The notes: a model not told the origin generated them from the letters alone. A stretch of DNA of 64,000 nucleotides from Lachnospiraceae bacterium (GCA_021199655.1 JAJQHQ010000019.1:12511-76510), one strand, 5' to 3'. Positions 8,374 to 17,642 are shown, counted from the first letter of the stretch. A program made the numbers and translations.

Positions 8374-8491
8374 TCAGTGCTTTGAATCAGTGCTTCTGCG
8401 GCAGCTGAATCTGGCAGCGGCAGATTTACAGACTGAAAAATGCTAAAAAAAGAATCATTATTTTCGGAAAATAAGATATGGGAGACTGTAA

Positions 8492-9358
8492 ATGAAATTT
8501 ACCAAAATGCATGGTCTGGGGAATGACTATATCTATGTGAATTGCTTTAAAGAACAGGTTACGAATCCATCCGAAACCGCAATCCGCGTGAGCGACCGTC
8601 ACTTCGGCATTGGTTCGGACGGCCTGATTCTGATCAAGCCTTCAGACAAGGCCGATTTTCAGATGGAAATGTACAACGCGGACGGCTCACTGGGAGCGAT
8701 GTGCGGCAACGGCATCCGCTGCGTGGCAAAATACGTCTACGATTATGGCCTGACCGACAAGACACAGATTACTGTGGAGACGAAAAGCGGCATCAAATAT
8801 CTGGACTTGACGGTCGCGGATGGAAAAGTCACTTTGGTCCGCGTGGACATGGGAGCGCCGATTCTGGTGCCGGAGCAGATTCCGGTGGATATTGGGAAAT
8901 TCGGCCGGAAACAGGCTGACAGATGTGCTGCCGATGCTCCAATCATTGGAGAAGCGGTTTCTGTTGGAGCGGATATTTTTTCCATCACCTGTGTCTCCAT
9001 GGGAAACCCGCACTGCATCGTGCCTGTTGAGGATGTGGATGGGCTGGAGATTGAAAAAATCGGTCCGCGATTTGAGAACCATCCGATGTTTCCGGATCGG
9101 GTCAACACGGAATTTGTGAGAGTCCTTGATCACGACACAGTGCAGATGCGTGTCTGGGAGCGCGGTTCCGGCGAGACGCTCGCCTGCGGTACAGGTGCCT
9201 GCGCGGTTGCTGTGGCAAGTGCCTTAAACGGATGGACCGGAAACAAAGTGACGGTGAAGCTGCGCGGCGGCGATCTGCAGATCGAGTGGGACCGCGGAAA
9301 AAATACGGTATTTATGACAGGACCGGCTGCGACTGTGTTTGAGGGAGAAATTAATTGA
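8492..9358 (+). CDS. dapF: Diaminopimelate epimerase
   Basis: [16 protein letters not shown], both catalytic-Cys contexts ([18 protein letters not shown]), typical length. Confidence 0.95.
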   Translation: MKFTKMHGLGNDYIYVNCFKEQVTNPSETAIRVSDRHFGIGSDGLILIKPSDKADFQMEMYNADGSLGAMCGNGIRCVAKYVYDYGLTDKTQITVETKSGIKYLDLTVADGKVTLVRVDMGAPILVPEQIPVDIGKFGRKQADRCAADAPIIGEAVSVGADIFSITCVSMGNPHCIVPVEDVDGLEIEKIGPRFENHPMFPDRVNTEFVRVLDHDTVQMRVWERGSGETLACGTGACAVAVASALNGWTGNKVTVKLRGGDLQIEWDRGKNTVFMTGPAATVFEGEIN

Positions 9359-9421
9359 TAAACAACCCGGTTTGAACCAGAAGTAAAGTGGATATATAAA
9401 TATATATTACATAATACAATC

Positions 9422-9448
9422 TTAACTGTGAAAGCACTGAACAGTTAC
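9422..9448 (+). repeat. GTAAC-hairpin repeat copy
   Basis: TTAACTGTGAAAGCACTGAACAGTTAC, ending 9 nt before the dapL Shine-Dalgarno. Confidence 0.8.
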
Positions 9449-9468
9449 GAACAACCAAGGAGGCCATT

Positions 9469-10683
9469 ATGTTTAAGATCAATGAAAACTATTTAAAGCT
9501 GCCGGGCAGCTACCTTTTTTCCACGATTGCGAAAAAGGTGAATGAATTTCAGGCGGCAAACCCGGATAAATCCGTGATCCGTCTCGGCATCGGCGACGTG
9601 ACGCAGCCGCTTGCTCCGGTGATCATCGATGCGCTGCACGGCGCGGTGGATGAGATGGGAAAGGCGGAGACTTTCCACGGATACGCGCCGGATCTCGGTT
9701 ATGAATTTTTGCGCACGGCGATCGCGAAGAATGACTACGCAGACCGCGGCTGCGACATTGCAGCGGATGAGATCTTTGTGTCTGACGGTGCGAAGTGCGA
9801 TTCGGGCAACATTCAGGAAATCTTCAGTGTGGACAATAAGATTGCAGTGTGCGATCCGGTATACCCGGTTTATGTGGATACCAACGTCATGGCAGGCCGC
9901 ACCGGCACCTATGACCCGAAGACGGAGATGTGGAGCGATGTGATCTATATGCCGTGCACGGCGGAAAATAATTTTGCACCGGAGCTTCCGAAGGAGACGC
10001 CGGACCTGATTTATCTTTGCTTCCCGAACAACCCGACCGGAGCGACTATCACAAAGGAGCAGCTTCAGGTGTGGGTAGACTATGCGAATAAAGTCGGCGC
10101 AGTCATCATCTACGACGCCGCATATGAGGCATATATTTCTGAACCGGATGTGCCGCATACGATATTTGAGTGCGAGGGCGCGCGCACCTGTGCGATCGAG
10201 CTCAAATCCTTCTCCAAGAACGCCGGTTTTACCGGAACACGTCTGGGCTATACGGTGATTCCGAAGGATTTGAAGAGCGGTGATGTGATGCTGCATTCTC
10301 TCTGGGCGAGACGCCACGGTACCAAGTACAACGGCGCTCCGTACATCCAGCAGCGTGCGGGAGAAGCCGTCTACTCACCGGAAGGCAAGGAGCAGCTTGC
10401 GAAGCAGGTGGCGTACTATATGAATAATGCAAAGGTCATCAAAGAAGGACTTCAGGAGGCCGGTTACACTGTTTCCGGCGGTGTGAACGCTCCGTATATC
10501 TGGCTTAAGACACCGGGAACGATGACATCCTGGGAATTCTTTGATTACCTGCTGGAAAACGCAAATGTGGTTGGTACGCCGGGTTCCGGCTTCGGACCGA
10601 GCGGCGAAGGCTACTTTCGCCTGACCGCGTTCGGCACCTATGAGAACACCGTGGCCGCGCTGGAGCGAATAAAAAGAATGTAA
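9469..10683 (+). CDS. dapL: LL-diaminopimelate aminotransferase
   Basis: N-terminus [27 protein letters not shown] Lys context [15 protein letters not shown], adjacent to dapF. Confidence 0.9.
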   Translation: MFKINENYLKLPGSYLFSTIAKKVNEFQAANPDKSVIRLGIGDVTQPLAPVIIDALHGAVDEMGKAETFHGYAPDLGYEFLRTAIAKNDYADRGCDIAADEIFVSDGAKCDSGNIQEIFSVDNKIAVCDPVYPVYVDTNVMAGRTGTYDPKTEMWSDVIYMPCTAENNFAPELPKETPDLIYLCFPNNPTGATITKEQLQVWVDYANKVGAVIIYDAAYEAYISEPDVPHTIFECEGARTCAIELKSFSKNAGFTGTRLGYTVIPKDLKSGDVMLHSLWARRHGTKYNGAPYIQQRAGEAVYSPEGKEQLAKQVAYYMNNAKVIKEGLQEAGYTVSGGVNAPYIWLKTPGTMTSWEFFDYLLENANVVGTPGSGFGPSGEGYFRLTAFGTYENTVAALERIKRM

Positions 10684-10826
10684 GTGACTATTCAGGACAG
10701 TACTTCGCACTTGCTGCGAAGTACGTATGAAAACGTATATTATGTAGGGAAAAGCCCCATCGCGGCGCGGAGACGCGATTTTAAATGGGCTTTTCCCTCG
10801 TAACTGTGAAGGGACTGAACAGTTAC
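10684..10826 (+). mobile_element. Composite MITE-like repeat (143 bp) bounded by GTAAC-family termini
   Basis: Left end GTGACTATTCAGGACAG starts one base after the dapL TAA. The right end is hairpin copy 10800-10826. Internal perfect stems are 10700-10724 and 10747-10758/10787-10798. Confidence 0.6.
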
Positions 10827-10843
10827 GAATGTAAGGAGCTCAG

Positions 10844-12583
10844 ATGGATGGTTTAAGCCTGTTATTCCCGCCCGGTAAGACCGCCCGGGAGAAAAAGCTT
10901 CCGGAGGCGACATATCATGATCTGTCTGTGGATACGATCTGCGAAAAGCTCTCAAAGCTGGAGCCGGAGCGGATGCAACTGCGCCGGATGATGCAGCGTA
11001 TTTCGGGTGATCAGGAGGTAGTTCAATACCGGTGCGATGTATTTGACGATATTTTGAGATTCCCTGGACTGCGGCAGAAGATGGAAAAGCTGCTGGAACG
11101 GGTGGATTTTCTGAAAACGTATGGGAGCTTTGACCGCGGCAGCGATGCGGCCGGCGTGTGGGAGCTGGTGCACCGTCTGGATGAGATGGATGAGTATATT
11201 CAGTGCGTACAGGCGATTTATACGGTTTTAAATGAAAATGATATCGCTTCGGAAGGGCTGCTGAACCTGAAAGAATATGTGCGGCAGCTCTACGAAGACA
11301 GCGGATTTTCCGAACTGAAAAAGGATATTGACAATCTGAAGGTGGACGCGTCGAAGGTAAAGAGCGTGACGCTCGGCGTGAATCTGAACGACCGCTTTGA
11401 GCCGATTGAGACCGGCATTGTGTCGATCAATGAGAAACCGTTCACAAAGTCCAATGTGATAGCGAATTTCTGTGATTTCCTGGATCGGAAAATGGGAGAT
11501 CAGATCCATCCGGATACGGAATGGAATGGAAATATGACGTTCCGGGCAGCATCAGAAACGGACATCATGGAGAGTGCAGAGAGTCTTGGACGGCTCGGCA
11601 TGATGCGTCAAAATCCTCTGCTTGCGGCCGGAATGGCGACGGTAGCGGACGACAGCCGCGGCGGCGACGTGATCCGGACTCTGGACCGCGCGATCAGTGC
11701 GCTGCTCTCAAGGACGGTGAAAAAACTGAAATCCGTGCTCTCAAAGCACGTATCGGTCAGTACGCACGCGATTTCAGATCTGATCCCGGAATTTCTGTTT
11801 TATATTCGTTGGGCGGAATATATTGAAAAACTGCAGGCGGAGGGATTTGTGTTCTGCAAGCCGCAGATCCTGGGCCGGGAAAAGAGAGAAATGCAGGCTA
11901 AGGGACTGTACAATCTGAAGCTTGCGCAGTCCCTGTCTGAGAAAAAGCAGGGGGCGGCGGAAATTGTGCCGAACGACCTGGATTTTTCCGCAGAACATCG
12001 GATTTATATCTTGACCGGGGCAAACCGCGGCGGCAAGACGACAATCACGCAGGCGGTAGGACTGGCGTTCCTGATGGCGCAGTGCGGCCTGTATGTCCCG
12101 GCGGAGTCGTTTGCGTTCAGCCCCGCGGACAACATCTTTACTCATTATCCGGCGGATGAGAACCAGACCATGGATCTTGGACGGCTCGGAGAGGAATCCA
12201 GCCGCTTTCATGATCTGTTCCGCGAAGCGACGCCTTACAGCCTTCTTCTGCTCAACGAGTCGTTCTCGACGACGTCTTTTGAGGAAGGATATTTTATTGC
12301 CAGGGACGTCACCCGCATCCTGCGGCTGCTTGGCGTGCGGACAATCTACAATACGCATATGCATAAACTGGCGTCCGAACTGGACGAGCTGAACCGGGAG
12401 GAAGGCGGCGACAGCTGCGTTGCCAGTCTGATCGTGGAGACAGACGGCGGGAACCGTTCCTACCGTGTGAAGGTTGCACCCCCGGGAGGCAAATCCTTTG
12501 CGCAGGATATTGCTGAAAAATACGGCGTCACGTATGAACAGCTCAGACAGGAGAAAAAAGAAGTGCTGTTTACGGATGGCTAA
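10844..12583 (+). CDS. MutS-related ATPase (MutS domain III/V only; no mismatch-binding or Smr domain recognised)
   Basis: Walker A LTGANRGGKTTITQAVG and Walker B LLLLNESFSTTS, in a MutS-type context. Confidence 0.7.
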   Translation: MDGLSLLFPPGKTAREKKLPEATYHDLSVDTICEKLSKLEPERMQLRRMMQRISGDQEVVQYRCDVFDDILRFPGLRQKMEKLLERVDFLKTYGSFDRGSDAAGVWELVHRLDEMDEYIQCVQAIYTVLNENDIASEGLLNLKEYVRQLYEDSGFSELKKDIDNLKVDASKVKSVTLGVNLNDRFEPIETGIVSINEKPFTKSNVIANFCDFLDRKMGDQIHPDTEWNGNMTFRAASETDIMESAESLGRLGMMRQNPLLAAGMATVADDSRGGDVIRTLDRAISALLSRTVKKLKSVLSKHVSVSTHAISDLIPEFLFYIRWAEYIEKLQAEGFVFCKPQILGREKREMQAKGLYNLKLAQSLSEKKQGAAEIVPNDLDFSAEHRIYILTGANRGGKTTITQAVGLAFLMAQCGLYVPAESFAFSPADNIFTHYPADENQTMDLGRLGEESSRFHDLFREATPYSLLLLNESFSTTSFEEGYFIARDVTRILRLLGVRTIYNTHMHKLASELDELNREEGGDSCVASLIVETDGGNRSYRVKVAPPGGKSFAQDIAEKYGVTYEQLRQEKKEVLFTDG

Positions 12584-12620
12584 AATCACAATCGGACAGA
12601 AAGGATAGCAAAGAAATGGT

Positions 12621-13484
12621 ATGGATTGTCAGAAAGGATTCCCAATAAAGCTTTATTGCATGTCTACAGGCATTCTTGATGATCCGGAAATATTCCGGAG
12701 GTATTACCGGGAGATGCCGGAAGGACGGCGTGCAAAGATTGACCGGGTGCGGATGGAGCAGGACAAAAAGCTTTCTCTTGCGGCAGGAATTTTGCTCAAT
12801 CGGGGTCTGCAGGAATTCGGCCTGCGTCAGGAAACAATCCGCATAGAGGAAGGCGCATACGGCAAACCATTCTTTCCGGACTTTCCGGATATCCATTTCA
12901 GTCTCTCCCATTCGCATGAGATGGCGCTGGCGGCCTTAGCTGATACCGAGGTCGGATGTGATATTGAATATCGAAAAAAGCCAAATGAAAAGCTGGCCGG
13001 ACGTTTTTTCTGCCCGGAGGAGAATGCCTGGATGACGGCCGCCCGGACGGAAACGGAGCGGGCGGAACGCTTTTATCGTCTCTGGACCTTAAAAGAGTGC
13101 TTTATCAAGGCTACCGGGCAGGGCCTGCGTCAGCCTCTGGACTCGTTTTGCTTTCGGATCGAGGATGCCAGGTTGCCATCATTGCTTCAATCGGCGGCAG
13201 GGTCTCCGCTGCCGCTTCGGTCCGCGTTAAACGTCTCCGCTTCGCTCCGGTCGGTGCTAAACGAACATCCACTGGATGTTCAGCACCGTCCACTGGACGA
13301 TCAGCGCCTCGCCGCGCATGAGAGAAACGCTTTGCGTTTGGGCGGCGCTGCCGTGGAGATTCGGCGCAGGAACAGTTCTGTGGAGGTCACGCAGACCTTT
13401 GATCAGGCGGAGTATGTGTTTGAGGAATATCGGATTGGCGGAGACGGAGAATATTGTGCGGCTGTGTGCCTGCGCAGCCAATGA
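12621..13484 (+). CDS. Sfp-type 4'-phosphopantetheinyl transferase carrying an in-frame repeat insertion
   Basis: GKPFFPD, HFSLSHS, VGCDIE, FYRLWTLKECFIKATGQG. Alternative start at ATG 12660 (MSTGILDD). Confidence 0.8.
   Translation: MDCQKGFPIKLYCMSTGILDDPEIFRRYYREMPEGRRAKIDRVRMEQDKKLSLAAGILLNRGLQEFGLRQETIRIEEGAYGKPFFPDFPDIHFSLSHSHEMALAALADTEVGCDIEYRKKPNEKLAGRFFCPEENAWMTAARTETERAERFYRLWTLKECFIKATGQGLRQPLDSFCFRIEDARLPSLLQSAAGSPLPLRSALNVSASLRSVLNEHPLDVQHRPLDDQRLAAHERNALRLGGAAVEIRRRNSSVEVTQTFDQAEYVFEEYRIGGDGEYCAAVCLRSQ
13191..13350 (+). repeat. GC-rich repeat modules (module 1 twice, module 2 once) read in frame within the PPTase ORF
   Basis: GTCTCCGCTYCGCTYCGGTCGGYG at 13202-13226 and 13233-13256. 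ATGAGAGAAACGCTTTGCGTTTGGGCGGC at 13318-13346. The same modules occur at 14525, 26302/26411 and 45716/45753. Confidence 0.8.
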
Positions 13485-13502
13485 AAAAAGGATAAAATGT
13501 CG

Positions 13503-13544
13503 AGCGCCTGTTCGGGACAGTTCCTCGCACTTGCTGCGAGGAAC
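13503..13544 (+). repeat. Partial copy of the 10684-10724 repeat arm with a compensated hairpin
   Basis: CCTGTTCGGGACAG + GTTCCTCGCA-CTTGC-TGCGAGGAAC, compared with CTATTCAGGACAG + GTACTTCGCA-CTTGC-TGCGAAGTAC at 10688-10724. Confidence 0.7.
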
Positions 13545-13577
13545 GAAACAGAATGCAAGAAAAAGGAGCAACAGAGT

Positions 13578-14498
13578 ATGAAAAAACCGGTACTGGTAGT
13601 GATGGCGGCGGGTATGGGCAGTCGCTACGGAGGATTGAAACAGATTGACCCGGTCGATCCGGAAGGGCATATTATCATGGACTTTTCTGTCTATGACGCC
13701 GTCCGCGCCGGATTTGAAAAGGTGATTTTCATTATCAAACGGGAAAATGAAGCGGATTTTCGCGCAGCCATTGGCGACCGCCTCGCCGGGCACATAGAAG
13801 TGGAATACGTTTATCAGGAGCTGACAAACCTTCCGGAAGGGTTTTCCGTGCCGGAGGGCCGTGTGAAACCGTGGGGGACCGGACATGCTGTCTTAAGCTG
13901 TCAGGGAACTGCGGACGGTCCGATGGTCGTTATCAACGCGGATGATTTCTATGGAAGAAACGCGTTTGCGCTGGCGTATGATTTTCTCACACGGAAAGAG
14001 GAAGCCGCAGGCCGCTACATGATGGTCGGCTATCGTCTGGAAAACACACTGACGGAGAACGGATCTGTGGCGCGCGGCGTTTGCAGTACAGATGAGAATG
14101 GTTATCTGAAAACGATCACAGAGCGCACCAGCATTGAACGGCATGGCGACCGGATCGCATACACAGAGGACGGCGGCGCAAGCTGGAATGAGCTTCCCCC
14201 GGATACTACCGTTTCTCTGAATATGTGGGGCTTTTCCGGGGATATTCTTACAGAACTGAACGAGCGCTTCCGGGCATTCCTCGCGGAGAATCTGCCGAAA
14301 AACCCGCTGAAATGCGAGTATTTCCTGCCCTTTGTCGTGGATGAACTGCTGACAGAAGGAAAGGCGACGGTGAAAGTCGAGAAAACTCCGGATAAATGGT
14401 ACGGGGTGACATATAAAGAAGACAAGCCGGCACTGATGGCGGCAATTCAGAAGATGAAGGATGAAGGGGTTTACCCACAGAAGCTGTGGGAAAAGTAA
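13578..14498 (+). CDS. Sugar-phosphate nucleotidyltransferase family protein (substrate unknown)
   Basis: N-terminal VVMAAGMGSRYGGLKQI signature and WGTGHAV. AAGGAG lies 9 nt before ATG 13578; the track ORF begins at 13497 inside a repeat. Confidence 0.7.
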   Translation: MKKPVLVVMAAGMGSRYGGLKQIDPVDPEGHIIMDFSVYDAVRAGFEKVIFIIKRENEADFRAAIGDRLAGHIEVEYVYQELTNLPEGFSVPEGRVKPWGTGHAVLSCQGTADGPMVVINADDFYGRNAFALAYDFLTRKEEAAGRYMMVGYRLENTLTENGSVARGVCSTDENGYLKTITERTSIERHGDRIAYTEDGGASWNELPPDTTVSLNMWGFSGDILTELNERFRAFLAENLPKNPLKCEYFLPFVVDELLTEGKATVKVEKTPDKWYGVTYKEDKPALMAAIQKMKDEGVYPQKLWEK

Positions 14499-14665
14499 CA
14501 TTAGTTCAGAACAGCAGACCACAGGTCTCCGCTCCGCTCCGGTCGGTGCTTAACGTGTGCCACTGGCACGCAGCACCCGCCCATCCCAAGAAGAAAAGAC
14601 AGCCTTTAGCAGACAAGTCTGCACAGGCTGTCTTTTCTTCTTGCTGCTGTTCTGAACTGTTTCAC
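14495..14665 (+). mobile_element. Composite MITE-like repeat (171 bp) with inverted termini
   Basis: Termini are GTAACATTAGTTCAGAACAGCAG (14495-14517) and CTGCTGTTCTGAACTGTTTCAC (14644-14665). It carries module 1 (14525-14548) and a 19-bp perfect stem (14587-14605/14625-14643). Its TAA is the stop of the upstream gene. Confidence 0.7.
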
Positions 14666-14796
14666 AATTTTACTTATTCTTTACATAAGAGGGATTATGC
14701 ATTTTACATAGCGTGACTAAAATGATTATCGTAACGGGGCACCGATAAGCCCCGGAATTCGATCAGAAAACGATTAGAAAAAGGAGATCATTTATT

Positions 14797-15684
14797 ATGA
14801 AAAGAAAAGCAATCGCAGCGGTAATCGCAGCAATGATGGCAGCAAGCCTTGGTACAACGGCTCTGGCAGACGCAACAGGTGACATTGTAGTATGCTCAAG
14901 AGAGGATGGCTCAGGTACACGCGGAGCGTTCATCGAGCTGGTAGGTGTAGAGCAGAAGGATGAGGACGGCAACAAGGTAGATATGACGACAGAAGCGGCT
15001 GAGATCACGAACAGCACATCCGCTATGATGACCAAGGTTGCAGGTGATGAGAACGCAATTGGTTACATCTCTCTTGGCTCTCTGGACGACAGCGTAACAG
15101 CAGTTGCGATCGACCAAGTAGAGGCAACGGTAGAGAACGTAGAGTCCGGTGATTACACGGTTGTTCGTCCGTTCAACATTCTGACCATGGAAGAAGTCAG
15201 CGCAGAAGCACAGGATTTCATCGACTTTATCTTAAGCGAAGAAGGTCAGGCGGTTATTTCTGACAACGGTTACATCGCACTTTCTGACGCAGAGCCTTTC
15301 GCAGGCGGCAGCGTATCCGGCAAGATCGTAGTCGGCGGTTCTTCTTCCGTAACACCGGTAATGGAGAAGCTGGCTGAGGCTTATGCGGAAGTAAACGCAG
15401 ACCTTGAGATTGAAGTAATGCAGAGCGATTCTACCACAGGTGTTACCTCCACGATCGACGGCAACTATGACATTGGTATGGCTTCCCGTGATCTGAAGGA
15501 AGAGGAAGAGGCAGAAGGCATCTCCGCTACCATGATCGCACAGGACGGCATTGCGGTGATCGTCAATAATGAGAGCGGAATCACCGAACTGACCACAGAG
15601 CAGGTTATGATGATCTACACCGGCGAGCTCACTACATGGGAAGATGTGGCTGCATATGTGCCGGAAGAGACTGAGGCTGAGTAA
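14797..15684 (+). CDS. pstS: Phosphate ABC transporter substrate-binding lipoprotein/secreted protein
   Basis: Signal peptide, SREDGSGTRGAF and GGSSSVTP PstS-type motifs, first gene of the pstSCAB-phoU order. Confidence 0.85.
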   Translation: MKRKAIAAVIAAMMAASLGTTALADATGDIVVCSREDGSGTRGAFIELVGVEQKDEDGNKVDMTTEAAEITNSTSAMMTKVAGDENAIGYISLGSLDDSVTAVAIDQVEATVENVESGDYTVVRPFNILTMEEVSAEAQDFIDFILSEEGQAVISDNGYIALSDAEPFAGGSVSGKIVVGGSSSVTPVMEKLAEAYAEVNADLEIEVMQSDSTTGVTSTIDGNYDIGMASRDLKEEEEAEGISATMIAQDGIAVIVNNESGITELTTEQVMMIYTGELTTWEDVAAYVPEETEAE

Positions 15685-15686
15685 CT

Positions 15687-16541
15687 ATGACACAGAAATT
15701 TTCAGAAAAATTTATGCGGGCCGCCTTTCTGATCGCGGCCTGCTTTTCCATTCTGGCAGTCGCTCTGATCTGCGTGTTCCTTTTTGCAAACGGAATTCCG
15801 ACCATGCTGAAGATCGGCCTGCCGGACTTCCTGTTGGGGACGACCTGGAAACCGTCCAATAACATATACGGCATTCTGCCGTTCATCCTGGGCAGTATAT
15901 ATGTCACTGCCGGCTCGATCCTGATCGGCGTGCCGATTGCGATGCTGACTGCGATATTTCTGGCCTTTTACTGCCCGAAGCGGATCTACTCGCCGCTGAA
16001 ATCCATGATCAATCTGCTTGCAGGAATCCCGTCGGTCGTATACGGCTTTTTCGGTATGGTCTGGATCGTTCCGACGATGAAAGCACTCACCGGAAAATCC
16101 GGGAGTACGATGCTTACTGCCTGCATCCTGCTCGGGATCATGATTCTTCCGACTGTCATCGGCGTCATGGAGCCTGCTATTCTGGCGGTACCGGATGCAT
16201 ATTATGAGGGCTCGCTCGCACTTGGCGCAACACATGAGCGCAGCGTGTTCTGCGTGGTCATTCCGGCCGCCAAGTCCGGTGTGATCGCAGGGATCGTACT
16301 TGGAATCGGCCGTTCTATCGGTGAGACGATGGCCGTCATCATGGTTGCCGGCAACCAGACCTGGATGCCACAGGGGCTTCTGAAAGGTGTGCGTACCATG
16401 ACGGCAAACATAGTCATTGAGATGGGCTATGCCTCCGGGCTGCACCGTCAGGCGCTGATCGCGACCGGCGTTGTCCTCTTTGTATTTATTCTGATCATCA
16501 ACCTGAGCGTGTCTCTTCTGAGAAAGAGAGCCGCATCATGA
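15687..16541 (+). CDS. pstC: Phosphate ABC transporter permease PstC
   Basis: Polytopic, with the EAA-type loop YYEGSLALGATHERSVFCVVIPAAKSG, and operon position. Confidence 0.9.
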   Translation: MTQKFSEKFMRAAFLIAACFSILAVALICVFLFANGIPTMLKIGLPDFLLGTTWKPSNNIYGILPFILGSIYVTAGSILIGVPIAMLTAIFLAFYCPKRIYSPLKSMINLLAGIPSVVYGFFGMVWIVPTMKALTGKSGSTMLTACILLGIMILPTVIGVMEPAILAVPDAYYEGSLALGATHERSVFCVVIPAAKSGVIAGIVLGIGRSIGETMAVIMVAGNQTWMPQGLLKGVRTMTANIVIEMGYASGLHRQALIATGVVLFVFILIINLSVSLLRKRAAS

Positions 16542-16573
16542 AAAGAAATCGTTCCGATTTGGATGCGGCCTTC

Positions 16574-16599
16574 GTCATGCATCCCATCGGATGCATGAC
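16574..16599 (+). other. Intercistronic 11-bp perfect hairpin between pstC and pstA
   Basis: GTCATGCATCC-CATC-GGATGCATGAC. No T-run follows. Confidence 0.5.
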
Positions 16600-16618
16600 A
16601 TATTGAGGAGGGCTGAGC

Positions 16619-17467
16619 ATGAGTAAAAGTATTGCTTATTTCAAGAATCATCCGTTTGCTGCGATCGTAAAATGTCTGGTCTGGCTGGCCGCGATCATTA
16701 CGGCGGTCGTACTGATATTCCTGATCGGTTTTATTGCGGTAAAGGGAATCCCAAACCTGAAACCGAGCCTGTTTTCTCTGAAATATACCTCGGATAACGT
16801 CTCCCTGATGCCGGCACTGATCAATACCCTGATCATGACCGCATTATCTCTGGTGATCGCGGTGCCGATCGGTATCTTTGCGGCCATTTTCCTGGTCGAG
16901 TACGCAAAAAAAGGCAGTAAGCTGGTCGGCCTTGTGCGGATCACGGCGGAAACGCTTTCCGGTATTCCTTCTATCGTATTCGGTCTGTTCGGCCTGTTGT
17001 TTTTTACAACTGCGCTGGGCTGGGGATTTTCCCTTCTTTCCGGTTCTTTTACGCTGGTCATCATGATCCTTCCGCTGATCATGCGGACGACAGAGGAAGC
17101 GCTGCTGGCGGTTCCGGACGCTTATCGTGAGGCATCCTTCGGCGTCGGCGCCGGAAAGCTGCGCACGATCTTCCGAGTGGTTTTGCCGACGGCCATACCC
17201 GGGATCCTCTCCGGTATTGTGCTGGGTACCGGCAGAATTGTAGGCGAGACCGCGGCGCTTCTCTACACAGCCGGTACAGTGGCGAAGGTACCGAGCAGCC
17301 TGCTCGGCAGCGGGCGTACGCTTGCGGTTCATATGTATGTGCTCTCCAGCGAGGGACTTTACATGGATGAGGCGTATGCGACTGCGGTCGTGCTGGTCGT
17401 TGTTGTATTGCTGCTTAACGGATTGTCCTCGCTGCTCGCGGGCAGACTGATGAAGGGACAGAAGTAG
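16619..17467 (+). CDS. pstA: Phosphate ABC transporter permease PstA
   Basis: Polytopic, with the EAA-type loop YREASFGVGAGKLRTIFRVVLPTAIPG, and operon position. Confidence 0.9.
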   Translation: MSKSIAYFKNHPFAAIVKCLVWLAAIITAVVLIFLIGFIAVKGIPNLKPSLFSLKYTSDNVSLMPALINTLIMTALSLVIAVPIGIFAAIFLVEYAKKGSKLVGLVRITAETLSGIPSIVFGLFGLLFFTTALGWGFSLLSGSFTLVIMILPLIMRTTEEALLAVPDAYREASFGVGAGKLRTIFRVVLPTAIPGILSGIVLGTGRIVGETAALLYTAGTVAKVPSSLLGSGRTLAVHMYVLSSEGLYMDEAYATAVVLVVVVLLLNGLSSLLAGRLMKGQK

Positions 17468-17482
17468 GATGCGTTTTTCCGC

Positions 17483-17509
17483 GTGATTGTAAAGGTACTG
17501 AACAGTTAC
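17483..17509 (+). repeat. GTAAC-hairpin repeat copy (left arm degenerate)
   Basis: GTGATTGTAAAGGTACTGAACAGTTAC, in the pstA-pstB spacer. Confidence 0.7.
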
Positions 17510-17642
17510 GTATGCAAAATAATCCGGGCAAAGGGAAAAATTCCGGCAGCTGTATTGTATGTAAGAGAATACAGGGAAATACTGGCATGGTAAAGAATCC
17601 AGGAATGTTTATGCAGGAGAAAGATCGAGAGGAACGAATAAA

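Noticed and set aside
8374-9468. Lysine riboswitch or T-box leaders in front of dapF/dapL
   Set aside because: The spacers are short (118 and 110 nt). One is mostly occupied by the 27-nt hairpin repeat. No L-box or T-box conserved cores (specifier/T-box sequence) are visible.
13191-13350. In-frame insertions as mini-inteins
   Set aside because: They are only ~25-55 codons, with no N-terminal Cys/Ser nucleophile or C-terminal His-Asn-Cys/Ser/Thr splice junctions. Similarity between copies is at the nucleotide level and includes an intergenic copy.
14486-14716. 76-aa + strand ORF (VSAPLRSVLNV...)
   Set aside because: It lies entirely within the composite repeat and the pstS promoter region. 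It is open only because module 1 lacks stops in this frame, and it has no RBS.
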